A stretch of DNA of 64,000 bases from an uncultured delta proteobacterium (GTDB lineage Bacteria > Myxococcota_A > Polyangia > Polyangiales > JAFGIB01). Shown here in pieces: positions 28,737 to 39,066 of the stretch. Location of the stretch: NCBI GenBank assembly GCA_963778655.1, contig CAVZVA010000010.1, forward strand, positions 992,001 through 1,056,000, read 5' to 3'. Within the stretch, counting starts at the first letter, position 1; every line of letters begins with the position of its first letter. The translations under genes and the position numbers were made by a program. The notes under the pieces are model-generated. The model saw nothing but the letters and a program-made list of their open reading frames with translations, was not told where the DNA came from and did not search any database.

Positions 28737-29495
28737 TCAGCGCCAGTACATGCCCTGGCGGCGCGGGCGCCAGTGCGCGGCGCGGTGCTGCGCGAGGTAG
28801 TCCTCGCGCGCGAACAGCTTGATCAGCAGCACGCCGGTGATGAAGCCGCCCACGTGCGCCCAGAACGCGACCCCGCCCTCGCTGCTGCCGAGCAGGCCGC
28901 CGAACACCTGCAGCGCGATCCAGTAGCCGACCATCACCCACGCCGGCAGTGCGATCGAGGTGATGAAGAAGCCAATAGGCACCAGCGTGAACACCCGCAC
29001 GCGCGGGTACAGGACCATGTAGGCGCCCATCACCCCGCTGATCGCGCCCGACGCGCCGACCATCGGATAGATCGACGCCGGATCGGAGAGTACCTGGGCC
29101 GCGGCCGCGCCGAGTCCGCTCAGCAGGTAGAAGGCGACGAAGCGCCCGCGGCCCATCGCGTCCTCGACGTTGTTGCCGAACAGCCACAGAAACCACATGT
29201 TCCCGATGATGTGCATCCAGCCCCCGTGCAGGAACATCGAGCTCAGGATGTGCAGCGGCGCGCGGCCAGGGTCGGTCAAGCAGGCGAGCCCGTTTCCCAT
29301 GGCGAAGCCCGAGCCGGGCGGCGCTCGTAGCGTGAGCTCGCCGGGGATCAGGCCGAGGTTGCAGACCGACGCCGCCAGCGCGTAGCTGCTGCCGGCGCCC
29401 TGCACGAATAGCCATACCAGCGTGTTGAGCGCGATGATCGCGATCGTCACGACGGGCGTGCGGATGGACTCGTTTTCGTCGCGGTAGGGGATCAC
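28737..29495 (-). CDS. Rhomboid family intramembrane serine protease
   Basis: MFLHGGWMHIIGNM, VGASGAIS, AFWAHVGGF. Confidence 0.95.
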   Translation of the reverse strand: MIPYRDENESIRTPVVTIAIIALNTLVWLFVQGAGSSYALAASVCNLGLIPGELTLRAPPGSGFAMGNGLACLTDPGRAPLHILSSMFLHGGWMHIIGNMWFLWLFGNNVEDAMGRGRFVAFYLLSGLGAAAAQVLSDPASIYPMVGASGAISGVMGAYMVLYPRVRVFTLVPIGFFITSIALPAWVMVGYWIALQVFGGLLGSSEGGVAFWAHVGGFITGVLLIKLFAREDYLAQHRAAHWRPRRQGMYWR

Positions 29496-29552
29496 TGTCC
29501 GATCCCTTAGCACGGTCCGCGGCCGCGCTCGATTCCGAAGCGGCCGCGGTCT

Positions 29553-30665
29553 TCAGAGCGTGCGCTTGAGCGAGGTCGTGGCCACGATGGTCATCGCCAG
29601 CGTGAACGCCGCCAGAAACATCACGTGCCCGCCGGCCGCCCGCAGGTCGCCGCCCCGAAACAGCACGGCTTTGAGCGCGGCGATGGCGTGGGTCTCGGGG
29701 TCGATCCACGCGATCGTGCGCAGCCATGGGGGAAAGCTCGCGAGTGGGTAGAGCGCGCCGCTGGGGAAGAACAGGATGACGTTGAGAAACCCGCCGAGCA
29801 CTCCGCTGATGCGCGGGTGGGTCGCGCGGCCCAGCACCGCCATCATCATCGCCAGCAGCCCGAAGGTGGTGAGCAGCTGCACCGAGAGCAGCGCCAGATA
29901 GCCGGCCAGACCGCCGTGCACGCGCCCGCCGGTGATGAGCAGGCCGCTCCACAGTACCACGCTGCTCGAGATCAGCGTCACCAGCGTGCCGCTGCCGAGC
30001 ACCCCGAGCGCGATGTCGAGGCGCCGCAGCGGGGTTGACAGGTAGCTCTCGTGCACGCCGAGAAAGCGATCCATCACCAGGTTGAAGCCGCCCGCGATCA
30101 TGCTGCCCATGAAGATCGCCATCACCACCACCGCGGGCACCAGCGAGGTGTCGTAGTCCACGCGCGGATAGATCTCCTGCGGCAGCACGCGCGGCCCGCC
30201 CAAGTGCAGCTCGAAGCGGGCCAGCGGTTGTTTCAGCGCCGGCAGCGTGCCCATCACCGCCGCCTCGAGCGCGCCCGCGGCCAGCGCGTCGACGTTGTCG
30301 ACGAAAAGCCCGATGGCGGGTGCCGCCCCGCGCGCTAGATCCGAGGAAAAGCGCTGCGGCACCACCAGAAAGCCCGACAGCTCCCCGCTGCGCAGCAACG
30401 ACATCCCGTGCTGCGGGTCGGAGAGCGAGACCAGGCGGATGGTGTGCGGGCCGCGCTCGACTGCCTGCAGCGCGCCGAGCAGCGCGCGCGCATCCGGGCC
30501 GCGATCGAAGCAAACCACGCCGAGCGGCAGGCCCTTGATCGGGCCCTGCAGCGAGTTGCCGAGGATCACCAGGTACAGCAGCGGCATCAGGATGGCGCTG
30601 AAAAGCGTCATCGGGTTGCGCAGCATGCGCCGCAGGTCGCGCTCGAGCACCGCCAGGGTTTTCAC
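29553..30665 (-). CDS. ABC-2 type transporter permease
   Basis: ERDLRRMLRNP, LSTPLRR, FPSGALYP...PPWL; GTGA overlap with the ATPase gene. Confidence 0.88.
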   Translation of the reverse strand: MKTLAVLERDLRRMLRNPMTLFSAILMPLLYLVILGNSLQGPIKGLPLGVVCFDRGPDARALLGALQAVERGPHTIRLVSLSDPQHGMSLLRSGELSGFLVVPQRFSSDLARGAAPAIGLFVDNVDALAAGALEAAVMGTLPALKQPLARFELHLGGPRVLPQEIYPRVDYDTSLVPAVVVMAIFMGSMIAGGFNLVMDRFLGVHESYLSTPLRRLDIALGVLGSGTLVTLISSSVVLWSGLLITGGRVHGGLAGYLALLSVQLLTTFGLLAMMMAVLGRATHPRISGVLGGFLNVILFFPSGALYPLASFPPWLRTIAWIDPETHAIAALKAVLFRGGDLRAAGGHVMFLAAFTLAMTIVATTSLKRTL

Positions 30666-31660
30666 GAGAATCGCCTCGGCAGCGCCGCGCGCCGTGCATC
30701 GCCCGGACCGGCTTGCGCGTCGCGCATGGAGCGGCCGGTCAGATGAATGAACACGTCCTCCAGGCTGATGCGGGTCATGCTGGTGGACAGCACCCTGGCG
30801 CCGCCGGCGGCGGCGGCCTCGATCAGGCGCGGCAGCAGCAGCGCCCCATCGTCGGCCTGCGCGGTCAGCCGCACCCCGTCGCGCTCGAGCCCGCGCATGC
30901 CGGGCAGTGCCGACAGCGTCTGTGCCAGCGCGTCTGCAAGCGGCGCATCCAGCGTTAGCTCCAGCGTGTCGGAGCCGGGCACCGAGGTTCTTAGCTCCGC
31001 TGGGGTGCCGATCGCGACGATGTGGCCTTGATCCACGATCGCAATGCGGTCGCACAGCACATCCGCCTCGTCCATGTAGTGGGTGGTCAGCGAGATGGTC
31101 AGCTCCCCGCCCGCGCGCAGCTCGCGCAGCAGGTCCCAGATCACGTGGCGGCTCTGCGGATCGAGCCCGATCGTGGGCTCGTCCAAAAACAGCACACGCG
31201 GCTTGTGGATCAGCCCGCGCGCGATCTCGAGCCGCCGGCGCATGCCGCCCGAATAGGTGCTGACCAGATCGTCGCGCCGGTCCCACAGCTCCACGCGCTT
31301 GAGCAGCTGCTCGATGCGCGGTCCGCGCACCGAGCGCGGCACCTCGAAGAACCGCGAGTAGATGTTGAGGTTCTCATAACCGCTCAGGTCCAGGTCGGAG
31401 GTGAGCGCCTGGGGCACCACGCTGATCGCGCGCCGCAGCGCGGTGGGATTGCGCTGTACGTCGACGCCGGCGACCGTGGCGCTGCCCGAGGTGATCGCCT
31501 GCAGCCCGGTCAGCATGCGGATCAGCGTGGTCTTGCCCGCGCCGTTGGGGCCGAGCAGCCCGAACAGCTCGCCCTCCTCCACCCGCAGGTCGATCCGGTC
31601 GACCGCGACCAGCTTGCCGAAGCGGCGCGTGAGCTGATGGGCCTCGATCGCGGCGCTCAC
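30662..31660 (-). CDS. ABC transporter ATP-binding protein (DrrA-like)
   Basis: GPNGAGKT, YSGGMRRRL, FLDEPT, TTHYMDE. Confidence 0.93.
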   Translation of the reverse strand: MSAAIEAHQLTRRFGKLVAVDRIDLRVEEGELFGLLGPNGAGKTTLIRMLTGLQAITSGSATVAGVDVQRNPTALRRAISVVPQALTSDLDLSGYENLNIYSRFFEVPRSVRGPRIEQLLKRVELWDRRDDLVSTYSGGMRRRLEIARGLIHKPRVLFLDEPTIGLDPQSRHVIWDLLRELRAGGELTISLTTHYMDEADVLCDRIAIVDQGHIVAIGTPAELRTSVPGSDTLELTLDAPLADALAQTLSALPGMRGLERDGVRLTAQADDGALLLPRLIEAAAAGGARVLSTSMTRISLEDVFIHLTGRSMRDAQAGPGDARRAALPRRFS

Positions 31661-32688
31661 CGCGCGCCCCCGGCGCCGGCGATCGTCACCTCCGCCGTCA
31701 TCCCCGGACGCAGCTCGTCGTGGACCTTGTCCAGGCCCACCCGCACGCGGAACGTGCGCACGTCGGGCCGGCCGCGCTTGACGTCGCGGTTGATCGCGAA
31801 CTCGCCTTCGGCGCCGATCTCGCTCACGCGCCCAAAGTAGCGCCGCCCGGGAAATGCGCTCACCCGGATCTCGGCCTTGCGCCCCAGGCGCAACCCGTCG
31901 AGCGCGGTCTCCTCGACGTCGATGCGCACCCACTGGCGGGTGAGGTCTTCGACGCTGACCACCGGCGTGCCGGGCGCCGCCCACTCGCCAGCCTGCAGGC
32001 TCTGCTCGGCGACCAGGCCGTCGAAGGGGCTGCGGATCTCGGCCTCGGCCAGCCGGACCCGCGCGAGCTCGAGCGCGGCCTCGCTGCTCTGCACCGCGGC
32101 CTGCGCCGTGCGCACGCCCGCGAGCGCCGCGGCCACCCGCCCGCGCGAAGCCTGGCGGCTGGCGCCCAGCGACTCGAGCCCGGCGCGCGCGGCGTCGAGG
32201 CGCGCGCGGGCAGAATCGAGCTGTGCCTGGGTGCCGGCGCCGGTCTGCAGCAGGCGCTTGACGCGATCGAAATCCGCAAGCGCGTCGTCGAGGTTGGCTT
32301 GCTGCCGGGCCACGTCGGCCTCGGCCGCGCGCACCGTGGGCGCTACGGCCTGCACGTCGTGCTCGGTCTGGTGCAGCATCGCCCGCGCGTGCTCCACGCT
32401 GGCCTGGGCCTCGGCCACCAGCGCCACGCGCTCGCGCGCGTCGAGCTTCGCCAGCAGCTGGTCGTGCTGCACGCGCTGTCCCTCGTGCACCAGCACGGCC
32501 GCAACCTGCCCGCTGACCGGCGCGGCGACCGCTGCGACCGGCCCGTCGACGAAGCCGGCGTACGCGCTCGGCGCAGCGCGCCCGCACGCGCACAGCAGCG
32601 CGGCCGATAGGGCGAACGCGACGCATGCTTGCCCGCGTGCCCGGCTTGCGGCGGTGGGTGGAACCATGGCCGTCTGGCGGCTGAGCAT
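31657..32688 (-). CDS. HlyD-family secretion adaptor
   Basis: VAAPVSGQV..V.VHEG, coiled coil, IRSPFDG, LRPGM; start uncertain. Confidence 0.85.
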   Translation of the reverse strand: MLSRQTAMVPPTAASRARGQACVAFALSAALLCACGRAAPSAYAGFVDGPVAAVAAPVSGQVAAVLVHEGQRVQHDQLLAKLDARERVALVAEAQASVEHARAMLHQTEHDVQAVAPTVRAAEADVARQQANLDDALADFDRVKRLLQTGAGTQAQLDSARARLDAARAGLESLGASRQASRGRVAAALAGVRTAQAAVQSSEAALELARVRLAEAEIRSPFDGLVAEQSLQAGEWAAPGTPVVSVEDLTRQWVRIDVEETALDGLRLGRKAEIRVSAFPGRRYFGRVSEIGAEGEFAINRDVKRGRPDVRTFRVRVGLDKVHDELRPGMTAEVTIAGAGGAR

Positions 32689-32948
32689 GCCGGGCCCGGG
32701 GCCACCCGCACAACCCGTTCCCGTCACACAATCGGTCCGGAGGGTAGCTACCCACGCCCGCCGCGGCTCGCCGCCACGCCGGCCCACACCCGGCGGCGCT
32801 CCCGCGGGCACGTGCGCGCGCCACCCGGTACGCTACAGGGTTCCTGCTGCAGGGGCCCAGCGGCCCGTAACGGATCGCGCCCGCGACCGTCCAACAAGAA
32901 GGCACCCGGAAAGCGGCAAGGCCCGCAGCGCTTGCGCCGCTGGCGAGC

Positions 32949-33929
32949 ATGAAGGCGAGCAACCCCCCACGTGAGCCCGAGATCACCGCCGAGGCGCTCT
33001 ACCTGCGCCGCCGCGAGCTGATCAAGAATGTCGGCCTGGCTGCGGGGACGGCCGCGGTGGTGGGCGGCGGGCTGCTCGCCTTGATCGGCGACGCCTCGCG
33101 CCCGCGGCGCGAGCCCAAGCCCAAGCCGCCTTCGGCGCTGCCGATCGCGAGCCGCTGGCCGCCCGGCGAGCAGCTCGACGAGGCGCGCACCTCGTATCAG
33201 GACGTCACCACCTACAACAATTTCTACGAATTCGGCACCGACAAGTCCGACCCGGCCGCGAACGCCGGCAGCTTGCGAACGCGCCCCTGGACGGTCGCGT
33301 TTGAAGGCGAGCTGAAGCGGCCGCGCGTGATCGACATCGACACCCTGATCAAGTGGTTTCCGCTGCAGGAGCGCGTCTACCGCATGCGCTGCGTGGAGGC
33401 CTGGTCGATGGTGATCCCGTGGGTGGGCTTTCCGCTGGGCGATCTGGTGCGAAGGCTCGAGCCCACCTCGCGGGCCAAGTACGTCGAGCTGACGACGTTA
33501 CTCGATCCACAGCAGCTGCCCGGCGAGCGCGGCTCGCTGCTGGACTGGCCCTACGTCGAGGGCCTGCGCATCGACGAGGCCACCCACCCGCTGGCGCTGC
33601 TCGCGGTGGGTCTCTACGGCCGCACGCTGCCCAACCAGAACGGCGCGCCGCTGCGGTTGGTGGTGCCGTGGAAGTACGGCTTCAAGGGCGTCAAGTCGAT
33701 CGTGAAGATCCGCTTCACGCGGACCCAGCCGCGCACCACCTGGAACCTGGCTGCGCCCTCGGAGTACGGCTTCTACGCCAACGTCAACCCCGAGGTGGAC
33801 CACCCGCGCTGGAGCCAGGCCACCGAGCGACGCATCGGCGAGCTTTCGCGCCGCCGCACTCTGCCGTTCAACGGTTACTACGAGGTCGCGAGCCTGTACG
33901 CGGGGCTCGACCTGCGGAAGAATTTCTGA
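32949..33929 (+). CDS. msrP: Protein-methionine-sulfoxide reductase catalytic subunit MsrP
   Basis: Tat motif [41 protein letters not shown]. Confidence 0.97.
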   Translation: MKASNPPREPEITAEALYLRRRELIKNVGLAAGTAAVVGGGLLALIGDASRPRREPKPKPPSALPIASRWPPGEQLDEARTSYQDVTTYNNFYEFGTDKSDPAANAGSLRTRPWTVAFEGELKRPRVIDIDTLIKWFPLQERVYRMRCVEAWSMVIPWVGFPLGDLVRRLEPTSRAKYVELTTLLDPQQLPGERGSLLDWPYVEGLRIDEATHPLALLAVGLYGRTLPNQNGAPLRLVVPWKYGFKGVKSIVKIRFTRTQPRTTWNLAAPSEYGFYANVNPEVDHPRWSQATERRIGELSRRRTLPFNGYYEVASLYAGLDLRKNF

Positions 33930-33930
33930 C

Positions 33931-34572
33931 GTGAACGCCGAGCGCAGCCTGCCCGCCGCCGCCCCCGCCGCCAAGCAGAAGCTTCCGTGGCTCAAGCCCG
34001 GAGTGCTGATCGGCGCGCTCGTGCCGCTGGCGCTGCTGCTGCTGCGCGCCGCGCGCCACGCGCTCGGCGCCGACCCGGTCGCGCGCGCGCTCAACCAGCT
34101 CGGCCTGCTCGCGCTGATCTTCCTGCTCGCCTCGCTGGCGGCGACCCCGCTCAAGATCGTGTTGGGCGTCACCTGGCCGATCCGCGTGCGGCGGCTGCTC
34201 GGGCTGCTCGCGTTCTTCTACGCGTCGCTGCACTTCTTGCTCTACGCGGTCATCGATCAGGGGCTGGCGTGGGCGGCGATCGTCAAGGATGTGACCGAGC
34301 GCCGCTTCATCACGGTCGGCTTCGCCGCGTTCGTGCTGCTGATTCCGCTCGCCGCCACCTCCACCTCCGGCATGCTCAAGCGCCTGGGCGCGCGGCGCTG
34401 GAAACGTCTGCACCGGCTCGCCTACGTGTCGGCCGCGCTCGCCGCGGTACACTTCATCTGGCGGGTCAAGCGCGATCTGACGCAACCGGGCGCATATGCG
34501 CTCGTGCTCGGCGTGCTGCTCTTGCTGCGCGTGCTGGATCGCAAACGCAAGCCCCGCTGGGCACGCGACTGA
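33931..34572 (+). CDS. msrQ: Heme-binding membrane subunit MsrQ
   Basis: GADP, RRLLGL.AFFY..LH, PLAATS, WKRLHRLAY. Confidence 0.93.
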   Translation: MNAERSLPAAAPAAKQKLPWLKPGVLIGALVPLALLLLRAARHALGADPVARALNQLGLLALIFLLASLAATPLKIVLGVTWPIRVRRLLGLLAFFYASLHFLLYAVIDQGLAWAAIVKDVTERRFITVGFAAFVLLIPLAATSTSGMLKRLGARRWKRLHRLAYVSAALAAVHFIWRVKRDLTQPGAYALVLGVLLLLRVLDRKRKPRWARD

Positions 34573-34657
34573 CAAGGCGGACAGCTGCGCCCCCCGCGAG
34601 ATTGCGGTTTGAGCCGCGCGCAGGATCGTCTACGCTGCCGAGCTGGGAGGGCCTTTC

Positions 34658-35413
34658 ATGAACAAGCCACTTGTCATCGTCCTTTGTTGCGCTGCGCTCG
34701 CGTCGGTCGCCTTCGCGCAGGGCACGCCCGCGGCGAAACCCGCCGCGCCGGCCGCGGCACACCCGGCTGCGAAGCCTGCTGCGAAGCCCGGCGAGCACAT
34801 GGCCAAGCCCGGGGAGCACATGGGTAAGCCCGGCGAGCACATGGAGCACATGGCCAAGCCCGGGGAGCACATGGGTAAGCCCGGCGAGCACATGGAGCAC
34901 GCGGCCAAGCCCGGGGGGAAGCCGGCTGCTGCACCCGGCAAGCCGACGCCGCCGCCCGAGCTCGACGCCGCGATGAAGTTCTTCAATGGGACCTGGAAGT
35001 GCGATACCAAGATGGCCGCGGGCTCGATGGGGCCCGGCTCGCCCGAGCTCACCGGCAAGTCGACCGTGCGTTTCAAGAAGGTCCAGCACGGCTTCTACTA
35101 TCAGGGCGAGTACGCCTTGAGGAAGACCAAGACCACGCCGGGCTTCAAGGGCACGTTTCTGATCAGTTACCAGCCCGGCGCCAAGCTGTTCGTGATGACC
35201 GGGTCCGACGAGACCGGCGGCGCGAGCTACGAGATCTCACCCGGCATGCAGAGCGACACCATCACCTTCCTGGGCGAGGGCTACATGATGGGTCATAAGA
35301 TGAAGATCCGAGAGAGCATGTCGAAGAAGGGCGAGAAGGAAGCTGGCCATAAGATGGAAGTCGACATGGGCAAGGGCTTCCAGGTCATGGGCGAGGACGA
35401 CTGCAAGCGTTGA
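34658..35413 (+). CDS. Exported Met/His-rich protein with DUF1579-like C-terminal domain
   Basis: Signal peptide (AFA-Q), KPGEHM repeats, GTWKC beta domain; 19 Met in 251 aa. Confidence 0.8.
   Translation: MNKPLVIVLCCAALASVAFAQGTPAAKPAAPAAAHPAAKPAAKPGEHMAKPGEHMGKPGEHMEHMAKPGEHMGKPGEHMEHAAKPGGKPAAAPGKPTPPPELDAAMKFFNGTWKCDTKMAAGSMGPGSPELTGKSTVRFKKVQHGFYYQGEYALRKTKTTPGFKGTFLISYQPGAKLFVMTGSDETGGASYEISPGMQSDTITFLGEGYMMGHKMKIRESMSKKGEKEAGHKMEVDMGKGFQVMGEDDCKR
34793..34900 (+). repeat. Intragenic 51-bp tandem repeat encoding EHMAKPGEHMGKPGEHM
   Basis: Exact copies at 34793-34843 and 34844-34894 plus a partial third copy. Confidence 0.9.
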
Positions 35414-35466
35414 AGCTCAGTCCTCGCGACCGGCGCGTTACGCGCCGCTTCGCTGCGTACAGCCAG

Positions 35467-36252
35467 CTAAAGCTGGAGCTCCAGGCACAGCGGCAGGTGA
35501 TCGGAGGCTTGCTGCGCGTCGTCGTCTTGCAGCGGCGCGCAGGCGCTCGCGCGCCGCGCCAGCGGGGCGCTCGCGAGCGCGTAGTCCAGGCGCTGGCGCG
35601 GCCGGTCCGCGGCGAAGCGTCGCGCCGGCCACGTGGGCTGCGTGTGCGCGGCGTGCAGCGCGGCGTCCAGATCGATCAGGCCCGCGGCCTCGAGCGCGGC
35701 GACCGCGCGCGTGTCGAGCGTGCCGTCCGGCCGCAGGTGGCGCTCGCGATAGCGCTGAGGCCAGCGTTCGGGGTGCGCGCCGGCTGCGTCCCGCGGGCTC
35801 ACCGCGTTCAGGTCTCCGAGCAGCAGCGCGGGCTCGTACGGGCGGACCTGACCCGCGAGGCGCTGCGCCTCGCGCAGCCGCGCCTCTCCCGAGGCCGGGT
35901 TGAGGTGCGCACCGAGTAGCTTGCAGGCTCGCCCGTTCAGGGTGAGGCGCGCGCGCAGCGCGACGTGCGCGAACCCTACGCGCAGGACCTCGGCCTCGTG
36001 CAGCAACGCGTCGCCGCGCCAGAACAGCGCCAGGTGGTAGCCGCTGTCGGCGGTGGCCAGCAGGCCGGACATGCCGAGCGCCCGTTCGAAGCGATGCAGC
36101 TCGCGCTCGTGATCGCGCTCGAACCCGCAGCACTCGCTCAGCAGCAGCAGCTCGGGACGCTCGCGCTGAAGCAGCCCGAGCACGCGCTCGAGCCGGCTGC
36201 CATCCTGCCCGTCGCGCCCGCCGTCCAGGATGTTGTAGCTGATCAGCTTCAT
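35467..36252 (-). CDS. Endonuclease/exonuclease/phosphatase family protein
   Basis: ISYNI, AHL, GDLN, RLDY and SDHLP motifs. Confidence 0.9.
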   Translation of the reverse strand: MKLISYNILDGGRDGQDGSRLERVLGLLQRERPELLLLSECCGFERDHERELHRFERALGMSGLLATADSGYHLALFWRGDALLHEAEVLRVGFAHVALRARLTLNGRACKLLGAHLNPASGEARLREAQRLAGQVRPYEPALLLGDLNAVSPRDAAGAHPERWPQRYRERHLRPDGTLDTRAVAALEAAGLIDLDAALHAAHTQPTWPARRFAADRPRQRLDYALASAPLARRASACAPLQDDDAQQASDHLPLCLELQL

Positions 36253-36434
36253 GCCGGGCTCCGCCCCTTCGGGGGGAGCGCCCCCGCCAGCGCCTCCTCC
36301 CTCGGGTTACCGTAGCACCAGCGCCGCCGCCAGGGGGACATGAGGGGCCGCCGGAGAGGGCGCGGGTGCTCGCGCTGCGCGCCGGGGCGCGAGCCCACGG
36401 GCGCCCGAGCGCTTGATCGAATCAGGCTTCGGCC

Positions 36435-37145
36435 ATGGGCCTCGCAGCAACGAAAACCTCGGGTATCAGCCGCATGCTCGCCGTGCTGGCCGCAGCGCTG
36501 CTGGGCGCCGCCGTCGTGCGCGCGCAGCGCCAGGTCCAGCCCTGGCAGTACGAAGGCCGCGAGCAGGGCGTGCAGATGTGGACCCGGGAAGGCGGCCGGT
36601 CCAGCCTGGGCGTGGTCAAGGTCGCGACGCGCTTCGCGCTGCCGCCGCAGCCGTTCCTGGCCGTGCTGCGCGACATCGCTTCCTATCCGCGCTGGTACCA
36701 CGACTGCGCGCAGACGCGCGTGCTGCGCGCGCCGCCTGCAACCGCGCCCGTCCGGCTCGACCCCGCGGGTCGCTTCGTGCCGCAGCCGCTCAACGAGACC
36801 TACCTGCTGTTCTTCGTGCAGCGTGCGTCGATGCTCTCCGACCGCTGGGCGATCATCGAGAACAGCGCGCGGGTCCTGCGCAACGGCTCGCTCGAAATCA
36901 GCTTTCGCTCGCGCGACGACTACCCCTACCGCGGCCCGCAAGGCGCGGTGCGCATGGGCGTGTCCGGCCAGTGGCTGCTCAGCCCGACCGACCGCGCGCA
37001 CACGCAGGTGAGCTACATGGTGGACCTCGATCTCAAGGCCAGCGCGCCCGACTTCCTGGTGCGGCCGCGGGTCCACGACGCGGCCGTGCAGACGCTGCTG
37101 GCGCTGGGCGCCCGCGCCGCGCGCGAGCTCGCCGTGGGACGTTGA
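36435..37145 (+). CDS. Secreted START/SRPBCC-like domain protein
   Basis: Signal-like segment; DIASYPRWYHDC, SDR and GAVRM...W.L.P START-type pattern. Confidence 0.7.
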   Translation: MGLAATKTSGISRMLAVLAAALLGAAVVRAQRQVQPWQYEGREQGVQMWTREGGRSSLGVVKVATRFALPPQPFLAVLRDIASYPRWYHDCAQTRVLRAPPATAPVRLDPAGRFVPQPLNETYLLFFVQRASMLSDRWAIIENSARVLRNGSLEISFRSRDDYPYRGPQGAVRMGVSGQWLLSPTDRAHTQVSYMVDLDLKASAPDFLVRPRVHDAAVQTLLALGARAARELAVGR

Positions 37146-37154
37146 GCCCGCCGC

Positions 37155-38348
37155 TCAACGCAGCAGGGCCTGCAGGGGCGGGATCCAGGGCGGGACCCAG
37201 GCCGGGCAGCGCGCGTCGCGGCTGCCGGACAGCGCGATCTCGGCGAAGCCGAGGCCTGGCTCGTTGTCGTAGCGCAGATCGCCGAGCAGCATGCGCGCGC
37301 CGTCGCGCTGAAAGTACGCCGCACGCACGAAGCGCAGCAGCGCGGCGGCTCGGCAGTGCTCGCGCGCGAGCGCGCGCAACTCGCCGACTTCGGCGCGCAG
37401 CTCGCGCGTGAAACGCAGCCCGGGCGCGGGCGCCAGCTGCGAAGGAAGCAGGCGCGCAGTCGAGCCGGCGCGCGGCAGCCGCGCGCAGCGCGCGGGGGCG
37501 ATCAAGGCCGGCAGCAGGCTCAGCTGCGCTAGGTGCGCGTGGTACTCGGCGCCGGACACGCTGACGGCGATCGTGCTCCAGCACAGCGGGTTGCCCGGCT
37601 GCGGCGTGCTCGAGAGCTGCAGCAGGCGCTCGCCGGGGCGCTGCCGCGCGAGCTCCGCGCGCACGCGCCCGCGCGCCAGCACGCCTGCGCAGGCGAACAC
37701 CGCGACCACCAGCGCCGTGGCCCAGAGCGCGGGCGCTGCCTTGCCACGAAAGCGCCATTGCAGCGCGAGCATCGCCAGCAGGGCCGCGCTGTTCGCCAGC
37801 GCGAGCGGCGGCGACAGCGCGCGCCAAAGCAAGAGCAGCAGCGCAGCGCACAGCAGCGAGCCGGCCACACGAGCGCTGCGCGTGCGCGCGTCCAGCGCGC
37901 ACAGCGGCAGCAAGGCTGACAGCAGCAACGGCTCGACGATGAAGACCGCGTCTCCGTAGTACCAGTGGTCGTCGAACGGCACGAAGGGATGAACGCCGTA
38001 GTTGTTCAGGAAGTCGAAGGCGACGTGCAGCAGCCCCGCGAGCCCGCCGAGCGCCGCGGCTGCCAGGCTGTCGCGGCCGCGCGCGCCAGCCGCGCGCGCG
38101 CACAGCAAGCCGATCGCGGCTCCCAGCGGCAGTGCGACGGCTAGCGTGTGCGTGTAGCCGCGGTGGTGCAGCAGATACGCGAGCTTGCGGTCGTGTGCGA
38201 ACAGGCCGGCCACGAAGTCGAGGTCGGGCGCGTTGCTGGCCAGCACCGCGCTCCAGGTCAGCGCCCGCACGCGCGCCGGATCATCGCCCGCGCGCAGCGC
38301 CACCCGCGCCAGCGCGTAGCCGAACACGCTGTGGGTGACGTTGTCCAT
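37155..38348 (-). CDS. Membrane metal-dependent hydrolase (YdjM-like)
   Basis: MDNVTHS, NAPDLD, HHRGYTHT, LHVAFDFLNNYG. Confidence 0.88.
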   Translation of the reverse strand: MDNVTHSVFGYALARVALRAGDDPARVRALTWSAVLASNAPDLDFVAGLFAHDRKLAYLLHHRGYTHTLAVALPLGAAIGLLCARAAGARGRDSLAAAALGGLAGLLHVAFDFLNNYGVHPFVPFDDHWYYGDAVFIVEPLLLSALLPLCALDARTRSARVAGSLLCAALLLLLWRALSPPLALANSAALLAMLALQWRFRGKAAPALWATALVVAVFACAGVLARGRVRAELARQRPGERLLQLSSTPQPGNPLCWSTIAVSVSGAEYHAHLAQLSLLPALIAPARCARLPRAGSTARLLPSQLAPAPGLRFTRELRAEVGELRALAREHCRAAALLRFVRAAYFQRDGARMLLGDLRYDNEPGLGFAEIALSGSRDARCPAWVPPWIPPLQALLR

Positions 38349-38430
38349 GGCGCAGGTGCGGCCGGGCCCGCGCAGCATGCGCGCCCGTGTTGCCCCTCGC
38401 AACCGCTGGTCTGATCCCCGGGAGCGTCAC

Positions 38431-38478
38431 GTACCCCGCCGGCAAAGCCGCCGGGGCCCCAGCCTCCGGCGGGGGCAC
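38431..38478. repeat. REP-like palindromic element; member of a dispersed repeat family
   Basis: GTACCCCGCCGG...CCGGCGGGGGCAC arms; the reverse complement of 38441-38474 matches 53315-53348 at 30/34. Confidence 0.7.
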
Positions 38479-38534
38479 GTTTCGCCCGCGCGTGCTTGCG
38501 CAGGCCTGGCGCGTATTCCCGGCCGCTCCCGGGC

Positions 38535-38963
38535 TCATGCGCCGGCGGCTTCGAGCCAGCGCTTCATCTCGGCGTGTCGCGCCATGCCTGCGTGCTGGTA
38601 GGCGGTGCGGCCGTCCTTGACCACGACGAAGTTGGGAATCCCGCGCACGCCATAGCGCGCGGCCAGCTCCGGATAGCGCTCGGTATCGACCTTCAGCACG
38701 AGCGCGCGTCCGGCCACATCCTGCGCCAGCCGCGCGACCTCGGGCGCGGCCATGCGGCAGGGGCCGCACCACGCCGCCCAGAAGTCGACCAGCGCCGGCA
38801 CCCGCGCGTTGTGCAGCACGTCCTGAAACAGCTCGGGGTCGGCGTCGAGCGGCGCCGCGATCGGCTCGAGCCTCGCCTTGCACGCCCCGCAACGCCCCGC
38901 GTCCGCCAAATGCTTGGCGGACACCCGGTTGCTCCTTCCGCACGCCGGACAGCTTCGGATCAT
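38535..38963 (-). CDS. trxC: Thioredoxin 2-type protein (Zn finger + Trx)
   Basis: CPAC...NRV...CGAC zinc finger and WCGPC active site. Confidence 0.9.
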   Translation of the reverse strand: MIRSCPACGRSNRVSAKHLADAGRCGACKARLEPIAAPLDADPELFQDVLHNARVPALVDFWAAWCGPCRMAAPEVARLAQDVAGRALVLKVDTERYPELAARYGVRGIPNFVVVKDGRTAYQHAGMARHAEMKRWLEAAGA

Positions 38964-39066
38964 GACCCGCGCACCTCCTTGTAGTTGGAGCCGGCCGCGG
39001 CCCAAAGGGTTCACCCGCCGGCATCCGGTCCACCCCCCCGGCCCGGCCAGAACGGGCGGCCCGCCC

